DNA from: Longimicrobiales bacterium
GTDB lineage: Bacteria; Gemmatimonadota; Gemmatimonadetes; Longimicrobiales; Gaopeijiaceae
NCBI GenBank assembly: GCA_965248195.1
Contig: CBDFIQ010000002.1
Span: forward strand, 1,440,001-1,504,000
Direction of reading: 5' to 3'
DNA: 64,000 bases
Shown here: positions 9,435-19,634 of the stretch, piece after piece
How the letters are laid out: the number at the start of each line of letters is the position of its first letter
How positions within the stretch are numbered: the stretch's first letter is position 1
The notes under the pieces: generated by a model
What the model saw: the letters and a program-made list of their open reading frames with translations, nothing else
The model's database searches: none
What the model was told of the DNA's origin: nothing
Translations under genes and position numbers: made by a program

Positions 9435-11360
9435 ATGTCCGCCCCCATGATCAACGTGACTCTCCCTGACGGGACCGTCCTCGAAGTCCCCCCGGAGTCC
9501 TCCATCGCCGACGTGGCCGCAGCGATCGGTCCCGGCCTGGCTAAGGCCGCGGTCGCGGGGCAGATCGACGGCGAGACGGTGGATCTCAGTGCCCGCCTCT
9601 CTAGGGACGCCGCAGTCCGCATTCTGACCGAGCGTGACGAGGACGCTCTGGCGGTATTGCGGCACTCTGCCGCGCACGTCCTCGCGACGGCCGTGCGGGA
9701 GCTCCGCCCCGGTGCCGGCATCGGATTCGGCCCTGCCATCGACGACGGGTTCTACTACGATTTCGATGTACCGGAACCGTTCACGCCCGCTGACCTGGAG
9801 ACGTTCGAGGCCAAGATGGCCGAGGTCGCGAAGGCGAATTATGGCTTCGAGCGGCGCGTCGTGAGTGTGGAGGAGGCCCGTGAGCTCTTCTCCGACGATC
9901 CTTTGAAGCTGGAGCGCCTGGACGAGTTCTCGGAGGACGAGATCATCACGGTCTATCAGGACGGACCGTTCCTCGACCTCTGCCGCGGCCCCCACATACC
10001 ATCCACGGGCAGCCTCAAACACTTCAAACTCCTGTCGGGCGCGGGAGCGTATTGGCGAGGCGACGAGAAACGCCAAATGCTCCAACGTATCTACGGGACG
10101 GCCTTCTTCAAGAAATCGCATCTCAGCGAGCACCTCGAGCGTCTCGAAGAGGCCAAAAAACGGGACCACCGCGTCCTCGGGCGTGAGCTCGACCTTTTCT
10201 CGACCGATGCCCGGGTTGGGCCCGGTTTGATCCTCTGGCACCCCAAGGGCGCGATCATTCGGAGCGAGATCGAGCAATTCGAACAGGAGCTGATCCTGCG
10301 ACACGGTTACGATCTGGTCTACACGCCGCACGTCATGAGCGAGCGGATCTTCGAGATTTCCGGACACCTCGAGAACTTCAAGGACGGGATGTTCGGCGCG
10401 CTGGACATGGAGGGCGCCGCGTACCGCCCGAAGCCGATGAACTGCCCCGGACACATCGCCATCTACCAGTCTCAACAGCGCTCCTACCGCGACCTGCCGA
10501 TCCGCATGGCAGAGTTCGGCACCTGTTACCGGTACGAGCGGAGCGGTGTGCTCCACGGAATGCTCCGCGTGCGCGGATTCACGCAGGACGACGCCCATGT
10601 CTTCTGCACCCCGGATCAGGTCCCCGGGGAGATCGAACGCCTGCTGGATCTGGTCGATGAGATTCTGACGGCCTTCGGCTATCCCTACTCGATCTCGCTC
10701 GCAACCAAGCCGGAGGAGAAGGCGCTGGGCACGGACGAGCAGTGGGACTCCGCCGTTCAGACGCTGGCTGATACGCTGGAGTCACGGGGCGTGCCTTTCG
10801 AGTACGACGAGGGCGGGGGAGCCTTTTACGGGCCGAAGCTGGACTTCAAGCTCATCGACGCCATCGGACGGGAGTGGCAGGGTCCGACGGTGCAGCTCGA
10901 CTTCAACCTGCCGGATCGGTTCGAGCTGGAGTACGTCGGCGAGGACAACGAGCGCCATCGGCCCGTCATGCTCCACCGCGTGCTGGTCGGCTCGATGGAG
11001 CGGTTCGTGGGTGGGCTCATCGAGCACTACGCGGGGGCGTTCCCCACTTGGCTTGCTCCCGAGCAGGTCCGCGTGTTGCCCATCTCCGAACATTTTCTGG
11101 ATTCGGCCTCGGACTTGGTGGCGCAGCTCAAGGCCGCCGGCGTCCGCGCCGTCCTGGCCGACCGGGAGACGCTCTCCTACCGTATCCGCGACGCCGAGAT
11201 GCAAAAGATCCCCTACATGGCGGTCATAGGGGAGCGCGAGGCGGAGGCCGGTACGGTGACGGTCCGCAAGCGCGGCGCCGGGAAGAAGCAGGAGATCTTC
11301 GAGCGCGCCGGGTTCGTCGAGCAGGTGAAGGGCGAGATCGAGAGGCGGGCGCTGGAGTGA
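9435..11360 (+). CDS. thrS: Threonine--tRNA ligase
   Basis: TGS domain, RHSAAH, DLCRGPH, KPMNCPGH, RVRGFTQDDAH, FYGPKLD, HRVLVGSMERF. Confidence 0.98.
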   Translation: MSAPMINVTLPDGTVLEVPPESSIADVAAAIGPGLAKAAVAGQIDGETVDLSARLSRDAAVRILTERDEDALAVLRHSAAHVLATAVRELRPGAGIGFGPAIDDGFYYDFDVPEPFTPADLETFEAKMAEVAKANYGFERRVVSVEEARELFSDDPLKLERLDEFSEDEIITVYQDGPFLDLCRGPHIPSTGSLKHFKLLSGAGAYWRGDEKRQMLQRIYGTAFFKKSHLSEHLERLEEAKKRDHRVLGRELDLFSTDARVGPGLILWHPKGAIIRSEIEQFEQELILRHGYDLVYTPHVMSERIFEISGHLENFKDGMFGALDMEGAAYRPKPMNCPGHIAIYQSQQRSYRDLPIRMAEFGTCYRYERSGVLHGMLRVRGFTQDDAHVFCTPDQVPGEIERLLDLVDEILTAFGYPYSISLATKPEEKALGTDEQWDSAVQTLADTLESRGVPFEYDEGGGAFYGPKLDFKLIDAIGREWQGPTVQLDFNLPDRFELEYVGEDNERHRPVMLHRVLVGSMERFVGGLIEHYAGAFPTWLAPEQVRVLPISEHFLDSASDLVAQLKAAGVRAVLADRETLSYRIRDAEMQKIPYMAVIGEREAEAGTVTVRKRGAGKKQEIFERAGFVEQVKGEIERRALE

Positions 11361-11448
11361 CGGCGCGCGGGTTTGCATAGCGCCCCAGACCGAAGAGTCC
11401 ACCGCCTCGGGCGCCATGGAAGTGCTTCACGGACGGCGTTTCGTGTCT

Positions 11449-11477
11449 TGACGGATGCGCCGATCCCGCCGATTCTT
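11449..11477 (+). promoter_or_regulatory. Candidate sigma70 promoter upstream of the infC leader
   Basis: TTGACG followed at about 17 bp by GATTCT; the -10 match is weak. Confidence 0.4.
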
Positions 11478-11481
11478 CTAG

Positions 11482-11651
11482 ACCCCGGTGTACGGGGGCC
11501 CAGACAAGACGGAAGCGAGCCGACGCGAACGCGGCTCCACCTTTCGGTTCCACATCCGATGTTGGAAACCGCCGGGTCCTGGACATGGAAGGCCTGTAGG
11601 ATCGCCTGCGGCTTCCGTGACCTCGTGACCCGGAAAGATCCGGGTTTTTTT
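11482..11651 (+). ncRNA. Candidate structured leader/attenuator of infC-rpmI-rplT (L20-leader-like)
   Basis: acggaagc (11509-16) pairs with gcttccgt (11611-18) and encloses several hairpins; ends in an intrinsic terminator 60 nt before infC. Confidence 0.55.
11628..11651 (+). terminator. Intrinsic terminator upstream of infC
   Basis: acccgga-aaga-tccgggt followed by a T-run. Confidence 0.8.
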
Positions 11652-11711
11652 ATGGATAGGTGCCAGACATCGGGAGGCAGTACTGGGTTCGACTCGTAAA
11701 AGGAGAGGGAT

Positions 11712-12230
11712 ATTAGCCAGGAAAGAATTCGCGTAAATGAGCAGATACGGATCAGCCCGGTTCGTTTGATCGACGACGAGGGTGGACAGGTCGGAATCGT
11801 TTCGATCGAAGAAGCCCGCGAACTCGCCGACGACCGAGGGCTGGATCTCGTGGAAGTGGCTCCCGAGGCTCGGCCTCCCGTGGTCAAACTCATGGACTAC
11901 GGTAAGTACAGGTACGAAGCGCAACGGGCGGCTCGGGAGGCGAAAAAAAAGCAACACCACGTTCAGGTCAAAGAGGTGAAGTTTCGCCCCGGGATCGAGG
12001 ACCACGACTACCAATTCAAGACCCGTCACGCCCGGCGGTTCCTGGAAGAAGGAAACAAGGTCAAGTTGACCATGATGTTTCGGGGAAGGCAGGTGACGCA
12101 CCCCGAGTTGGGAAGGGACGTACTTCTTCGCGTCACCGAAGATCTCAAGGAGGTGGGGAAGGTCGAGACCCGGCCGAGCTTCGAGGGCCGGGTGATGTCG
12201 ATGGTCCTCGCGCCGATCAAGCAGATGTAG
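11712..12230 (+). CDS. infC: Translation initiation factor IF-3 with ATT start
   Basis: AAGGAGAGG RBS then in-frame ATT at 11712 ([13 protein letters not shown]...), [28 protein letters not shown]. Confidence 0.96.
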   Translation: MSQERIRVNEQIRISPVRLIDDEGGQVGIVSIEEARELADDRGLDLVEVAPEARPPVVKLMDYGKYRYEAQRAAREAKKKQHHVQVKEVKFRPGIEDHDYQFKTRHARRFLEEGNKVKLTMMFRGRQVTHPELGRDVLLRVTEDLKEVGKVETRPSFEGRVMSMVLAPIKQM

Positions 12231-12265
12231 CCAAGGGCCCTACCGGCCCCAGGAGCACGACGGAT

Positions 12266-12463
12266 ATGCCGAAAATGAAGACCAACCGGGGCGCGGCCAA
12301 GCGGATGCGCAGGACCGGTAAGGGAAAAATCAAGAGGATGCGTGCGTACAAGAGCCACATCCTCACCAAGAAATCCACGAAAAGAAAGCGCCGCCTGCGC
12401 TCGGCTACGTTGGTGAGTCGGGCGGACATGGGGCGCATGAAGCGACTCCTTCCAGGGTCGTAG
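12266..12463 (+). CDS. rpmI: 50S ribosomal protein L35
   Basis: [13 protein letters not shown]...HILTKK. Confidence 0.97.
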   Translation: MPKMKTNRGAAKRMRRTGKGKIKRMRAYKSHILTKKSTKRKRRLRSATLVSRADMGRMKRLLPGS

Positions 12464-12481
12464 ACGAAAGGAGAGGTTTCG

Positions 12482-12844
12482 ATGCCGAGAACAACGTCAT
12501 CGCCCGCTCGCAACAAGCGGAAGAAAAAGATCTTCAAGGTGGCCAAGGGATATTTCGGTGGCCGTAAGAATCTCTACCGGACGGCGAAGGACGCCGTTGA
12601 GAAGGGTTGGCAACACGCCTACCGGGACCGGAAGAAAAAGAAACGCACCTTCCGTCGCCTCTGGATCACGCGGATCAATGCCGCGGCCAGAGAGAACGAG
12701 TTGTCCTACTCGAGATTCATGAACGGCCTAAAGCAGGCCGGCGTTGAGCTGGACCGTAAGGTCTTGGCCGATTTGGCCGTCCATAGTCCGGAGGCCTTCA
12801 GCGCATTGGCGGACCGGGCCAAAGAGGGGCTCGGGGTCGGCTAA
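12482..12844 (+). CDS. rplT: 50S ribosomal protein L20
   Basis: [41 protein letters not shown]. Confidence 0.98.
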   Translation: MPRTTSSPARNKRKKKIFKVAKGYFGGRKNLYRTAKDAVEKGWQHAYRDRKKKKRTFRRLWITRINAAARENELSYSRFMNGLKQAGVELDRKVLADLAVHSPEAFSALADRAKEGLGVG

Positions 12845-12866
12845 CGCTCGCCGTCCCCCCGGGTCT

Positions 12867-13913
12867 ATGAGCCAACAGAACTCGCTGATCCAAACACTCC
12901 AGGCCCTGGAGACCGAGGTCCTGTCCGCGATCCGGGCAGCCCCCGACGAGGACACGCTCGAAGCACTGCGGATCTCCTATCTAGGGCGTAAGGAGGGCCG
13001 AATCTCGGGGATCCTCCGAGGTCTCGGAGATCTTACCGTGGATGAGCGGCCGCCGGTGGGCGCGGAAGCGAATCGGATCAAGGAGGCGCTCCAGGAGGCT
13101 CTGAAGGCTCGCGAAGCGGAGATGACCAACGGTACCGACGAGGCCGGGGCGTCGGCTGAGGATCTGACGCTCCCCGCGCGGCACCGTTGGAGGGGGGGCG
13201 TCCATCCGGTCAATCAGGTCATCGACGATATCTGGAGAATCTTTCAGTCGATGGGATTCGTGCGCGCCCGTGGGCCGGAGGCGGACACGGAGTGGTATAA
13301 CTTCCTGGCCTTGAACACGCCGCTCGATCATCCCGCCGCGGACGAGCAGGACACGCTCTACCTGAAGGACTCCCTTCTGCTTCGCAGCCACACGTCGCCC
13401 GTTCAGGTGCGTACGATGGAGAAACATGAGCCGCCCATTCGCATCCTGGCGCCGGGCATGGTCTACCGGAGGGACAGCTACGACGCCACACACACGCCGG
13501 CGTTCGCGCAGATCGAGGGGCTGGTCGTGGATGAGGGGATCTCCTTCATCGACTTCAAGGCCACTTTAGCCGAATTCGCCCGCCGATTTTGGGGTTCGGG
13601 AACGAAGGTGCGTTTTCGGCCCTCGTTCTTTCCCTTCACTGAACCGAGCGCCGAGGTCGACGTAAAACGTATGATCACGATGAAGGACGGGACCCGAGTC
13701 GAGTCCGACTGGATCGAGATCATGGGCGCGGGCATGGTGGATCCGAACGTGCTGGATAACGTCGGCTACGACTCGGAGCGCTACACGGGCTTCGCCTTCG
13801 GCATGGGCCCGGCTCGCATCGCCATGCTCAAGTATGGCGTGCCCGACCTCCGTATGTTCTTTCAGAACGACGTGCGCTTCCTTTCGCAGTTCGCAAGGGT
13901 CAGCGCACCGTGA
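12867..13913 (+). CDS. pheS: Phenylalanine--tRNA ligase alpha subunit
   Basis: LRSHTSPVQ, DATHTPAFAQIEGL, RFRPSFFPFTEPSAEVD, GFAFGMG; start at ATG 12867 after the rplT stop. Confidence 0.97.
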   Translation: MSQQNSLIQTLQALETEVLSAIRAAPDEDTLEALRISYLGRKEGRISGILRGLGDLTVDERPPVGAEANRIKEALQEALKAREAEMTNGTDEAGASAEDLTLPARHRWRGGVHPVNQVIDDIWRIFQSMGFVRARGPEADTEWYNFLALNTPLDHPAADEQDTLYLKDSLLLRSHTSPVQVRTMEKHEPPIRILAPGMVYRRDSYDATHTPAFAQIEGLVVDEGISFIDFKATLAEFARRFWGSGTKVRFRPSFFPFTEPSAEVDVKRMITMKDGTRVESDWIEIMGAGMVDPNVLDNVGYDSERYTGFAFGMGPARIAMLKYGVPDLRMFFQNDVRFLSQFARVSAP

Positions 13914-16384
13914 ACCTCTCGTACGCCTGGCTCAAATCGGTCGCGCCGGGTCTGACCGAGAGCCCGGAAGAGCTGGCGGAACGCCTCGCCCTTCTCGGGG
14001 CGCCTGTCGAGGAGATCACTCCGGTGTCGGCCGGACTCGAGGGGGTGATCATCGGCAGGGTGAAATCGGTGCGGGGCCATCCCAACGCGGACCGTCTTTC
14101 CCTGTGCGAGGTCGACAACGGCGAGGAGTTGGTCCAGGTCGTTTGCGGTGCGCCGGTCATCGAACAGGGAGGGTATTACCCGTTCGCGCCCGTGGGCGTG
14201 ACGCTCCCGGGCGGACTCGAGCTCAAGAGAGCCAAGATTCGAGGCGAGTACTCCAACGGGATGCTCTGTTCGGAGAAGGAGCTCGGAATGGGCCGGGATC
14301 AATCGGGCATCATGCTTTTGTCGGGGGAGCTCTTCGCGGGAGAGGCCTCGGCAGGCCAATCACTGATCGACGTGCTCGGCCTCGACGACGTCCGGATGGA
14401 GGTGGAGGTGACGCCGAATCGGGGAGACTGGCTCTCCCACCTGGGGATCGCCCGGGAGGTGGCTCCGGGTGGGGTGGCCGGAGTGGTTCTGGCCCCCATC
14501 CCCGGAGCGAGCACGTTCGACCTCGAGGTCAAGAGTGGCGAGCGCGAAGTGTCCCACGGTGGTGTGAGCATCCGCATCGACGAGCCGGAGCAGTGTTCTC
14601 GGTTCCTCGGCCTGATCATTCGAGGCGTTAAGGTCCAGCCCTCGCCCCCGTGGATGGCGGCCCGCCTCCGGGCCGTGGGCCAGCAGCCTATCAACAACGT
14701 GGTCGACGCGACGAACTACGTCATGCTGGAGATGGGCAACCCGATGCACGCGTATGATTTGGGCAAGCTGGAAGGGTCCAGCCTGATCGCACGGAACGCC
14801 ACCAAAGGTGAAACGATGGAGACGCTCGACGGACTCGAGCACAAGTTCGATACCGAGATGCTGATGATCTGCGACACCGCGGCGCCGCACGGCATCGGGG
14901 GCATCATGGGTGGCATGCACTCCTCGGTCACAGAAGATACGACCGACATCCTTCTGGAGTGCGCCCTCTTCGAGCCGAAGTCGATCCGCCGCACCTGCCG
15001 GGCGCTGGGAATCTCCACGGACGCCAGCTACCGATTCGAGCGGGGGGTGGATCCGGAAGGGCACCTTCCGGCGGTCAAGCGCGCGTTGGAGGTCCTCCTC
15101 GCCACCGTGGGCGGCGAGGTCGATGGTCCGATCATGGAGGTCCTGCCACGACCCTGGGAGGCATCGGCGCTGACGCTCCGGCCCACGAGGGTCGAGCAGG
15201 TGCTCGGAGTCGGCTTCGATGAAGCGGAATTGAAGGCGTTGCTGACGCCGCTCGGGTTCGCGGTCCGAAACGGGGATGGAAAGGCAGAGGGCCGCGGCGA
15301 CCTGAGCGTGATCGTGCCCGGATATCGTAGCTACGATGTCACCCGCGAGATCGACCTGATCGAGGAGATCACCCGGGCGTACGGGTACGATCGCTTTCCC
15401 GAGGAGCTCACCGCGGCGCGCCCGACCACCGTCCCGGACCACCCCCTCTTCGCGCTCGAAGACCGTCTAAGAACCGTACTTTCGGGTGAGGGCCTGTTCG
15501 AAGCAGCTAATCCAGCGTTCGCATCCACACATGAAGGAGAAGTAGAACTCAGCAACCCTATATCAATGGAAGAAAGCAGGTTACGAGTATCACTGGTTCC
15601 CGGCCTGCTCCGGAATGTCGAGTACAATTTCGCTCGGGGAGCGAGAGATGTGCGGCTGTTCGAGCTCGGAACCGTGTTCCAAGCTGCCGGGTCAGGGGAG
15701 CCACCGATCGAGGATCTCCACGTCGCCTTCGTCGTGACCGGGCGCAGGGAGCCCGAGCACTGGTCCGGAGAGGGCCAGGCACTCGACTTCTCGAGTTTGA
15801 AGGGCTTCGTAGAGACCGTTCTTGCCGAGTCGGGGTGGGATGAGCCGGAGTTGAAGGTGCCCGTGGCTGGGGCTGAGGGCTTGGCCCGCGGTTCCGCCGG
15901 CGGCTCAGCCGGGGATCTCTTCGTGCCTGCATCATCCATCGTTCTGACGGCTGAAGACGGCACTCTGACGGGGGCCGCCGGTCAGGTTCGCCCCGACCGG
16001 GTCGATGCGCCCGCTTGGGCCGGCCGGATTTGGGCGATGGAGCTGAAGCTTCCCAGCGAACCGGTGGCCAGGACGACGGCTACCTACCGGCCGCTCTCTC
16101 CGTTCCCGGGCGTGGATCGTGACCTGGCGCTGCTCGTTCCCTATGATGTCCCCACGTCGGGGGTGTCTGACGAAATGCGCGACGTCGGCGGCGCACTCCT
16201 GGAACGGGTCACGGTGTTCGACCTCTACCGGGGAGACGGCGTGGCTGAGGGGCATCGCTCGCTGGGGTTTCGTCTTCGGCTTCAGGCACGGGATCGTACG
16301 TTGAAGGACAAGGAAGTGGATCGGTTGGTGGAAAAAATCGTGAAGCGTCTCCGGGAGGGTCTGGGTGTCGAGCAGCGGGTCTAA
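13910..16384 (+). CDS. pheT: Phenylalanine--tRNA ligase beta subunit
   Basis: HPNADRL, GMLCSEKELG, TPNRGD, INNVVDATNY, YRFERGVD, EIDLIEEI, FPGVDRDLA. Confidence 0.97.
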   Translation: MNLSYAWLKSVAPGLTESPEELAERLALLGAPVEEITPVSAGLEGVIIGRVKSVRGHPNADRLSLCEVDNGEELVQVVCGAPVIEQGGYYPFAPVGVTLPGGLELKRAKIRGEYSNGMLCSEKELGMGRDQSGIMLLSGELFAGEASAGQSLIDVLGLDDVRMEVEVTPNRGDWLSHLGIAREVAPGGVAGVVLAPIPGASTFDLEVKSGEREVSHGGVSIRIDEPEQCSRFLGLIIRGVKVQPSPPWMAARLRAVGQQPINNVVDATNYVMLEMGNPMHAYDLGKLEGSSLIARNATKGETMETLDGLEHKFDTEMLMICDTAAPHGIGGIMGGMHSSVTEDTTDILLECALFEPKSIRRTCRALGISTDASYRFERGVDPEGHLPAVKRALEVLLATVGGEVDGPIMEVLPRPWEASALTLRPTRVEQVLGVGFDEAELKALLTPLGFAVRNGDGKAEGRGDLSVIVPGYRSYDVTREIDLIEEITRAYGYDRFPEELTAARPTTVPDHPLFALEDRLRTVLSGEGLFEAANPAFASTHEGEVELSNPISMEESRLRVSLVPGLLRNVEYNFARGARDVRLFELGTVFQAAGSGEPPIEDLHVAFVVTGRREPEHWSGEGQALDFSSLKGFVETVLAESGWDEPELKVPVAGAEGLARGSAGGSAGDLFVPASSIVLTAEDGTLTGAAGQVRPDRVDAPAWAGRIWAMELKLPSEPVARTTATYRPLSPFPGVDRDLALLVPYDVPTSGVSDEMRDVGGALLERVTVFDLYRGDGVAEGHRSLGFRLRLQARDRTLKDKEVDRLVEKIVKRLREGLGVEQRV

Positions 16385-16691
16385 GAAGCAGATTTCGTCG
16401 GACGGCGTGTCACCGGACCAGGCCGTCGAACGGCTGGAAAAGGCGGTGACCGCCGCGCTCGAACAGGTCGAGCGGCTCAGGGGTGAGGTGGTCCGGATGC
16501 ACGAGCAGGGCGATGCACTGGAGGGTCTGCTCAAGGGTGTGACTTCCGGCAAGGAGGGCCCACGCGAAATGCTCGACAAGCTGCACATCCTCGAAGAGGA
16601 AAATCGTGATCTTCGAAGCCGCCTCGACGAGGGGCGAGCGGGCGTGGACCGAATCTTGGCACGGGTCAAATTTCTGGAGGAGAAGCCGTGA
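16365..16691 (+). CDS. Coiled-coil protein, ZapB-like by position
   Basis: Heptad pattern (LEKAVTAALEQVERLRGE, LEEENRDLR) between pheT and zapA. Confidence 0.65.
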   Translation: MSSSGSKKQISSDGVSPDQAVERLEKAVTAALEQVERLRGEVVRMHEQGDALEGLLKGVTSGKEGPREMLDKLHILEEENRDLRSRLDEGRAGVDRILARVKFLEEKP

Positions 16692-16987
16692 CGGAGGCCA
16701 GAAGAGAGTCGGTGACGGTCAGGATCGCCGGCGAGGAGCACACGATTCGCTCGAGCGCCGAGCCGGAGTACACGACGCGTTGCGCGACGTATGTGGATCG
16801 GCGGTTCCACGAAATCAAGAAGCAGGTCGGGCTCCTGGAAGCCCACAAAGTGGCCATCCTCGCTGCTCTTTCGATCACGGATGAGCTGTTTCAGGCACAG
16901 GATACGCAGGAGCAGAGCGGTTCCCAGATCGCCGAGCGGGTGAATGCGCTCGCGGCCCGCCTGGAGGACACCGTTTCCGGCGGCTGA
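16688..16987 (+). CDS. zapA: Cell division protein ZapA
   Basis: VTVRIAGEEHTI, YVDRR, AILAALSITDEL. Confidence 0.9.
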   Translation: MTEARRESVTVRIAGEEHTIRSSAEPEYTTRCATYVDRRFHEIKKQVGLLEAHKVAILAALSITDELFQAQDTQEQSGSQIAERVNALAARLEDTVSGG

Positions 16988-17095
16988 TCCGGCGCTCCTT
17001 GCGTCCGCAGGAGCCGAAATTCTATTGTCACACAGGACAACGTAAGCTCACCCTTCGGACGCGTGTTCTTCGCGACCGATTTTGGAGCCAATATA

Positions 17096-18667
17096 ATGGA
17101 CCCGCTGGTTGTTGTACTGGCGGCGGCTGTGGCGTTGCTCTTTGGAGCCGTGGGATTTATCCGCCGCGGTTCGGTGGAGCGATCGCGTCAAGAAAAAGCT
17201 GTGGGCGCCGCCGCGGATGAGGCTTCTGTAATCTTGGCCCGTGCCCGGGAAGAGTCGGACAACTTACGCACGTCCCGTGTGCTCGAGGGCAAAGAGCAAG
17301 TCATGCGGCTTCGAGAGACCTGGGAGCAGGAAGAAGCCAAGCACCGCGAGGACCTCGAGAGGGCCGACGAACGGATTTCGGAGCGGTCGAGCGCCCTGGA
17401 CCGCCGCTTCCACAATCTCAACGAGCGGGAGTCCGCTCAGGAGAAGCGTGCGAAGGAGTTGGAGGTGCGCACGGAGGCGCTCACCACCCAAACCCTGGAT
17501 CTGGAGAAGGATCGGGAGCGCGCTCGCGCCAAACTCGAGTCCGTTTCTGGGCTCTCCCCGGCGGAGGCCAAAAAGGAGCTCCTGGAGGATCTGCAGGACG
17601 AGGCCCGGGCCGAAGCAGCGAATACGCTTCGCGAGATCAAGGAAGAAGCCCAACGGACGGCCGACCGTGAGGCCAAGAAAATTCTGGGGCTGGCCATCCA
17701 GCGCATGGCGGCCGATCAGACGGCCGAAATGACCGTCTCGGTCGTGCAGCTTCCCTCCGACGAAATGAAGGGCCGGATCATCGGCCGGGAGGGTCGGAAC
17801 ATTCGCTCCTTCGAGCAGGCCACCGGGATCGACGTCATCATCGACGACACGCCCGAGGCCGTGGTCCTTTCCGGCTTCGATCCGGTCCGCCGGGAGGTGG
17901 CGCGTATCGCACTCGGACGGCTGATCGAGGATGGCCGCATCCATCCGGGTCGCATCGAGGAGGTGGTCGAAAAGAGCCGTCAGGAAATCGAGGAGTCCAT
18001 GGTCCAGGCGGCCGAGGAGGTGCTGTACGAGCTCGGCATCCACAACGTGCATCAGGAGATCGTCAGGACTCTGGGGCGACTCAAGTTCCGGACCTCCTAC
18101 GGCCAGAATCAGCTCCAGCACGCCAAGGAAGTCGCCCAGTTGGCCGGGAGCATGGCCGCGGAGATGGGTCTCGACGTCCAGGAAGCGAAACGTGCCGGGG
18201 TGCTTCACGACGTCGGCAAGGGACTCACGCACGAGCACGAGGGCACGCACGTCGAGCTTGGCTATCGCCTGTGCAAAAAGCACAAGGAGACCGAGATCGT
18301 GCTCAACGCCATCAGGGCCCATCACGACGAAGAGCCCCACTACTTTCCGGAGACTTTCCTGGTCACGGCCGGGGACGCCATCTCAGGCTCGCGTCCGGGG
18401 GCGCGGCGAGAAATGTTCGAGGGGTACGTCAAGCGGCTCGAGAAGCTCGAAGAGTTGGCGATGGAGCACCCGGGGGTCGAGCGCTGCTTTGCCATTCAGG
18501 CCGGTCGGGAGATCCGAGTGATGGTCGAGCCCGAGAAGGTGGGGGACCAGGAGATGGCTCAGATTTCCGAGCTCGTGGCCCGACGCATCGAGAGTGAGCT
18601 CCAATATCCTGGGCAGATCAAGGTGGTCGTGATACGGGAGACCCGTGCGGTGGATTTCGCACGGTAG
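17096..18667 (+). CDS. rny: Ribonuclease Y
   Basis: N-terminal TM, coiled coil, KH domain (MKGRIIGREGRNI), HD domain (LHDVGK). Confidence 0.97.
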   Translation: MDPLVVVLAAAVALLFGAVGFIRRGSVERSRQEKAVGAAADEASVILARAREESDNLRTSRVLEGKEQVMRLRETWEQEEAKHREDLERADERISERSSALDRRFHNLNERESAQEKRAKELEVRTEALTTQTLDLEKDRERARAKLESVSGLSPAEAKKELLEDLQDEARAEAANTLREIKEEAQRTADREAKKILGLAIQRMAADQTAEMTVSVVQLPSDEMKGRIIGREGRNIRSFEQATGIDVIIDDTPEAVVLSGFDPVRREVARIALGRLIEDGRIHPGRIEEVVEKSRQEIEESMVQAAEEVLYELGIHNVHQEIVRTLGRLKFRTSYGQNQLQHAKEVAQLAGSMAAEMGLDVQEAKRAGVLHDVGKGLTHEHEGTHVELGYRLCKKHKETEIVLNAIRAHHDEEPHYFPETFLVTAGDAISGSRPGARREMFEGYVKRLEKLEELAMEHPGVERCFAIQAGREIRVMVEPEKVGDQEMAQISELVARRIESELQYPGQIKVVVIRETRAVDFAR

Positions 18668-18710
18668 ATCGATTTCGCGCCGCAAAGGGCAACTCTTGAG
18701 GGGAACCTGA

Positions 18711-19604
18711 ATGACCGCTGAAGTCATATCGGGGAAGGACATGGCGGCGTCGATCCGCGAAGAGGTCAAGGAGCGGATCGCGTCGTTGAAGGAGTCGGGC
18801 CTCACACCCGGCTTGGCCGTGGTTCTGGTCGGCGAGGATCCGGCCAGTCAAGCCTATGTCGCGATGAAGAACAAGGACGCGACGGAGGTCGGGATCCACT
18901 CACGTCAGATCACGTTGCCGGAGGAGACCTCGGAAGAGGAGCTTCTGGGGGTGGTGGCGGGACTCAACGCCGATCCAGAGATTCACGGCGTCCTGGTGCA
19001 GCTTCCGCTGCCCGATCAGATCGACGAGACCAAGATTCTTTTGGCGGTCGATCCGAGCAAGGATGTAGATGGGTTCCATCCGGTGAACGTGGGCCGGCTC
19101 GCATCAGGCGATCCGGACGTTCTGGTTCCCTGCACGCCGGCGGGGGTGGTCCAGATGCTGCTTCGGAGCGGGCACGACCCGGGGGGGAAGCACGTGGTCG
19201 TCGTAGGGCGCTCGAACATCGTAGGCCGGCCGACGGCAGCGCTCCTGTTGCGCAAGGCGCCGGGCGGGAACGCCACCGTGACCGTGGCGCACAGCCGCAC
19301 GCCCGACCTCGGTTCAGTGACGCGCGAGGCGGACATTCTGATCGTAGCCATCGGGCAGCCCGATTTTCTTCGGGCGGATATGGTGAAACCCGGCGCCGTG
19401 GTCATCGACGTGGGCATTACCCGGGTGCCGGACGAGACCCGGGAGCGGGGTTACCGGTTCACCGGGGATGTTGACTACGACGAAGTCAAGGAAGTCGCCG
19501 CGGCGATCAGCCCGGTCCCGTTGGGAGTGGGTCCCATGACCCGGGCCATGTTGCTCTCGAATACGGTGGAGGCGGCGGTCCGGTCGGCGGCGGCCGAAGG
19601 TTAG
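18711..19604 (+). CDS. folD: Bifunctional methylenetetrahydrofolate dehydrogenase/cyclohydrolase
   Basis: [31 protein letters not shown]. Confidence 0.97.
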   Translation: MTAEVISGKDMAASIREEVKERIASLKESGLTPGLAVVLVGEDPASQAYVAMKNKDATEVGIHSRQITLPEETSEEELLGVVAGLNADPEIHGVLVQLPLPDQIDETKILLAVDPSKDVDGFHPVNVGRLASGDPDVLVPCTPAGVVQMLLRSGHDPGGKHVVVVGRSNIVGRPTAALLLRKAPGGNATVTVAHSRTPDLGSVTREADILIVAIGQPDFLRADMVKPGAVVIDVGITRVPDETRERGYRFTGDVDYDEVKEVAAAISPVPLGVGPMTRAMLLSNTVEAAVRSAAAEG

Positions 19605-19634
19605 AGTGGACATCACACTGAACACGGGACCACG

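Noticed and set aside
9321..10598. Long antisense and alternate-frame ORFs here and throughout the window (e.g. 14360-15442, 17264-18340, 55210-56355)
   Set aside because: Shadow ORFs expected in high-GC DNA opposite well-supported genes; no family motifs
16988..17095. 6S RNA at its frequent position between zapA and rny
   Set aside because: The spacer is only about 108 nt with one short hairpin (gctcctt...aggagc), too short for the 6S rod
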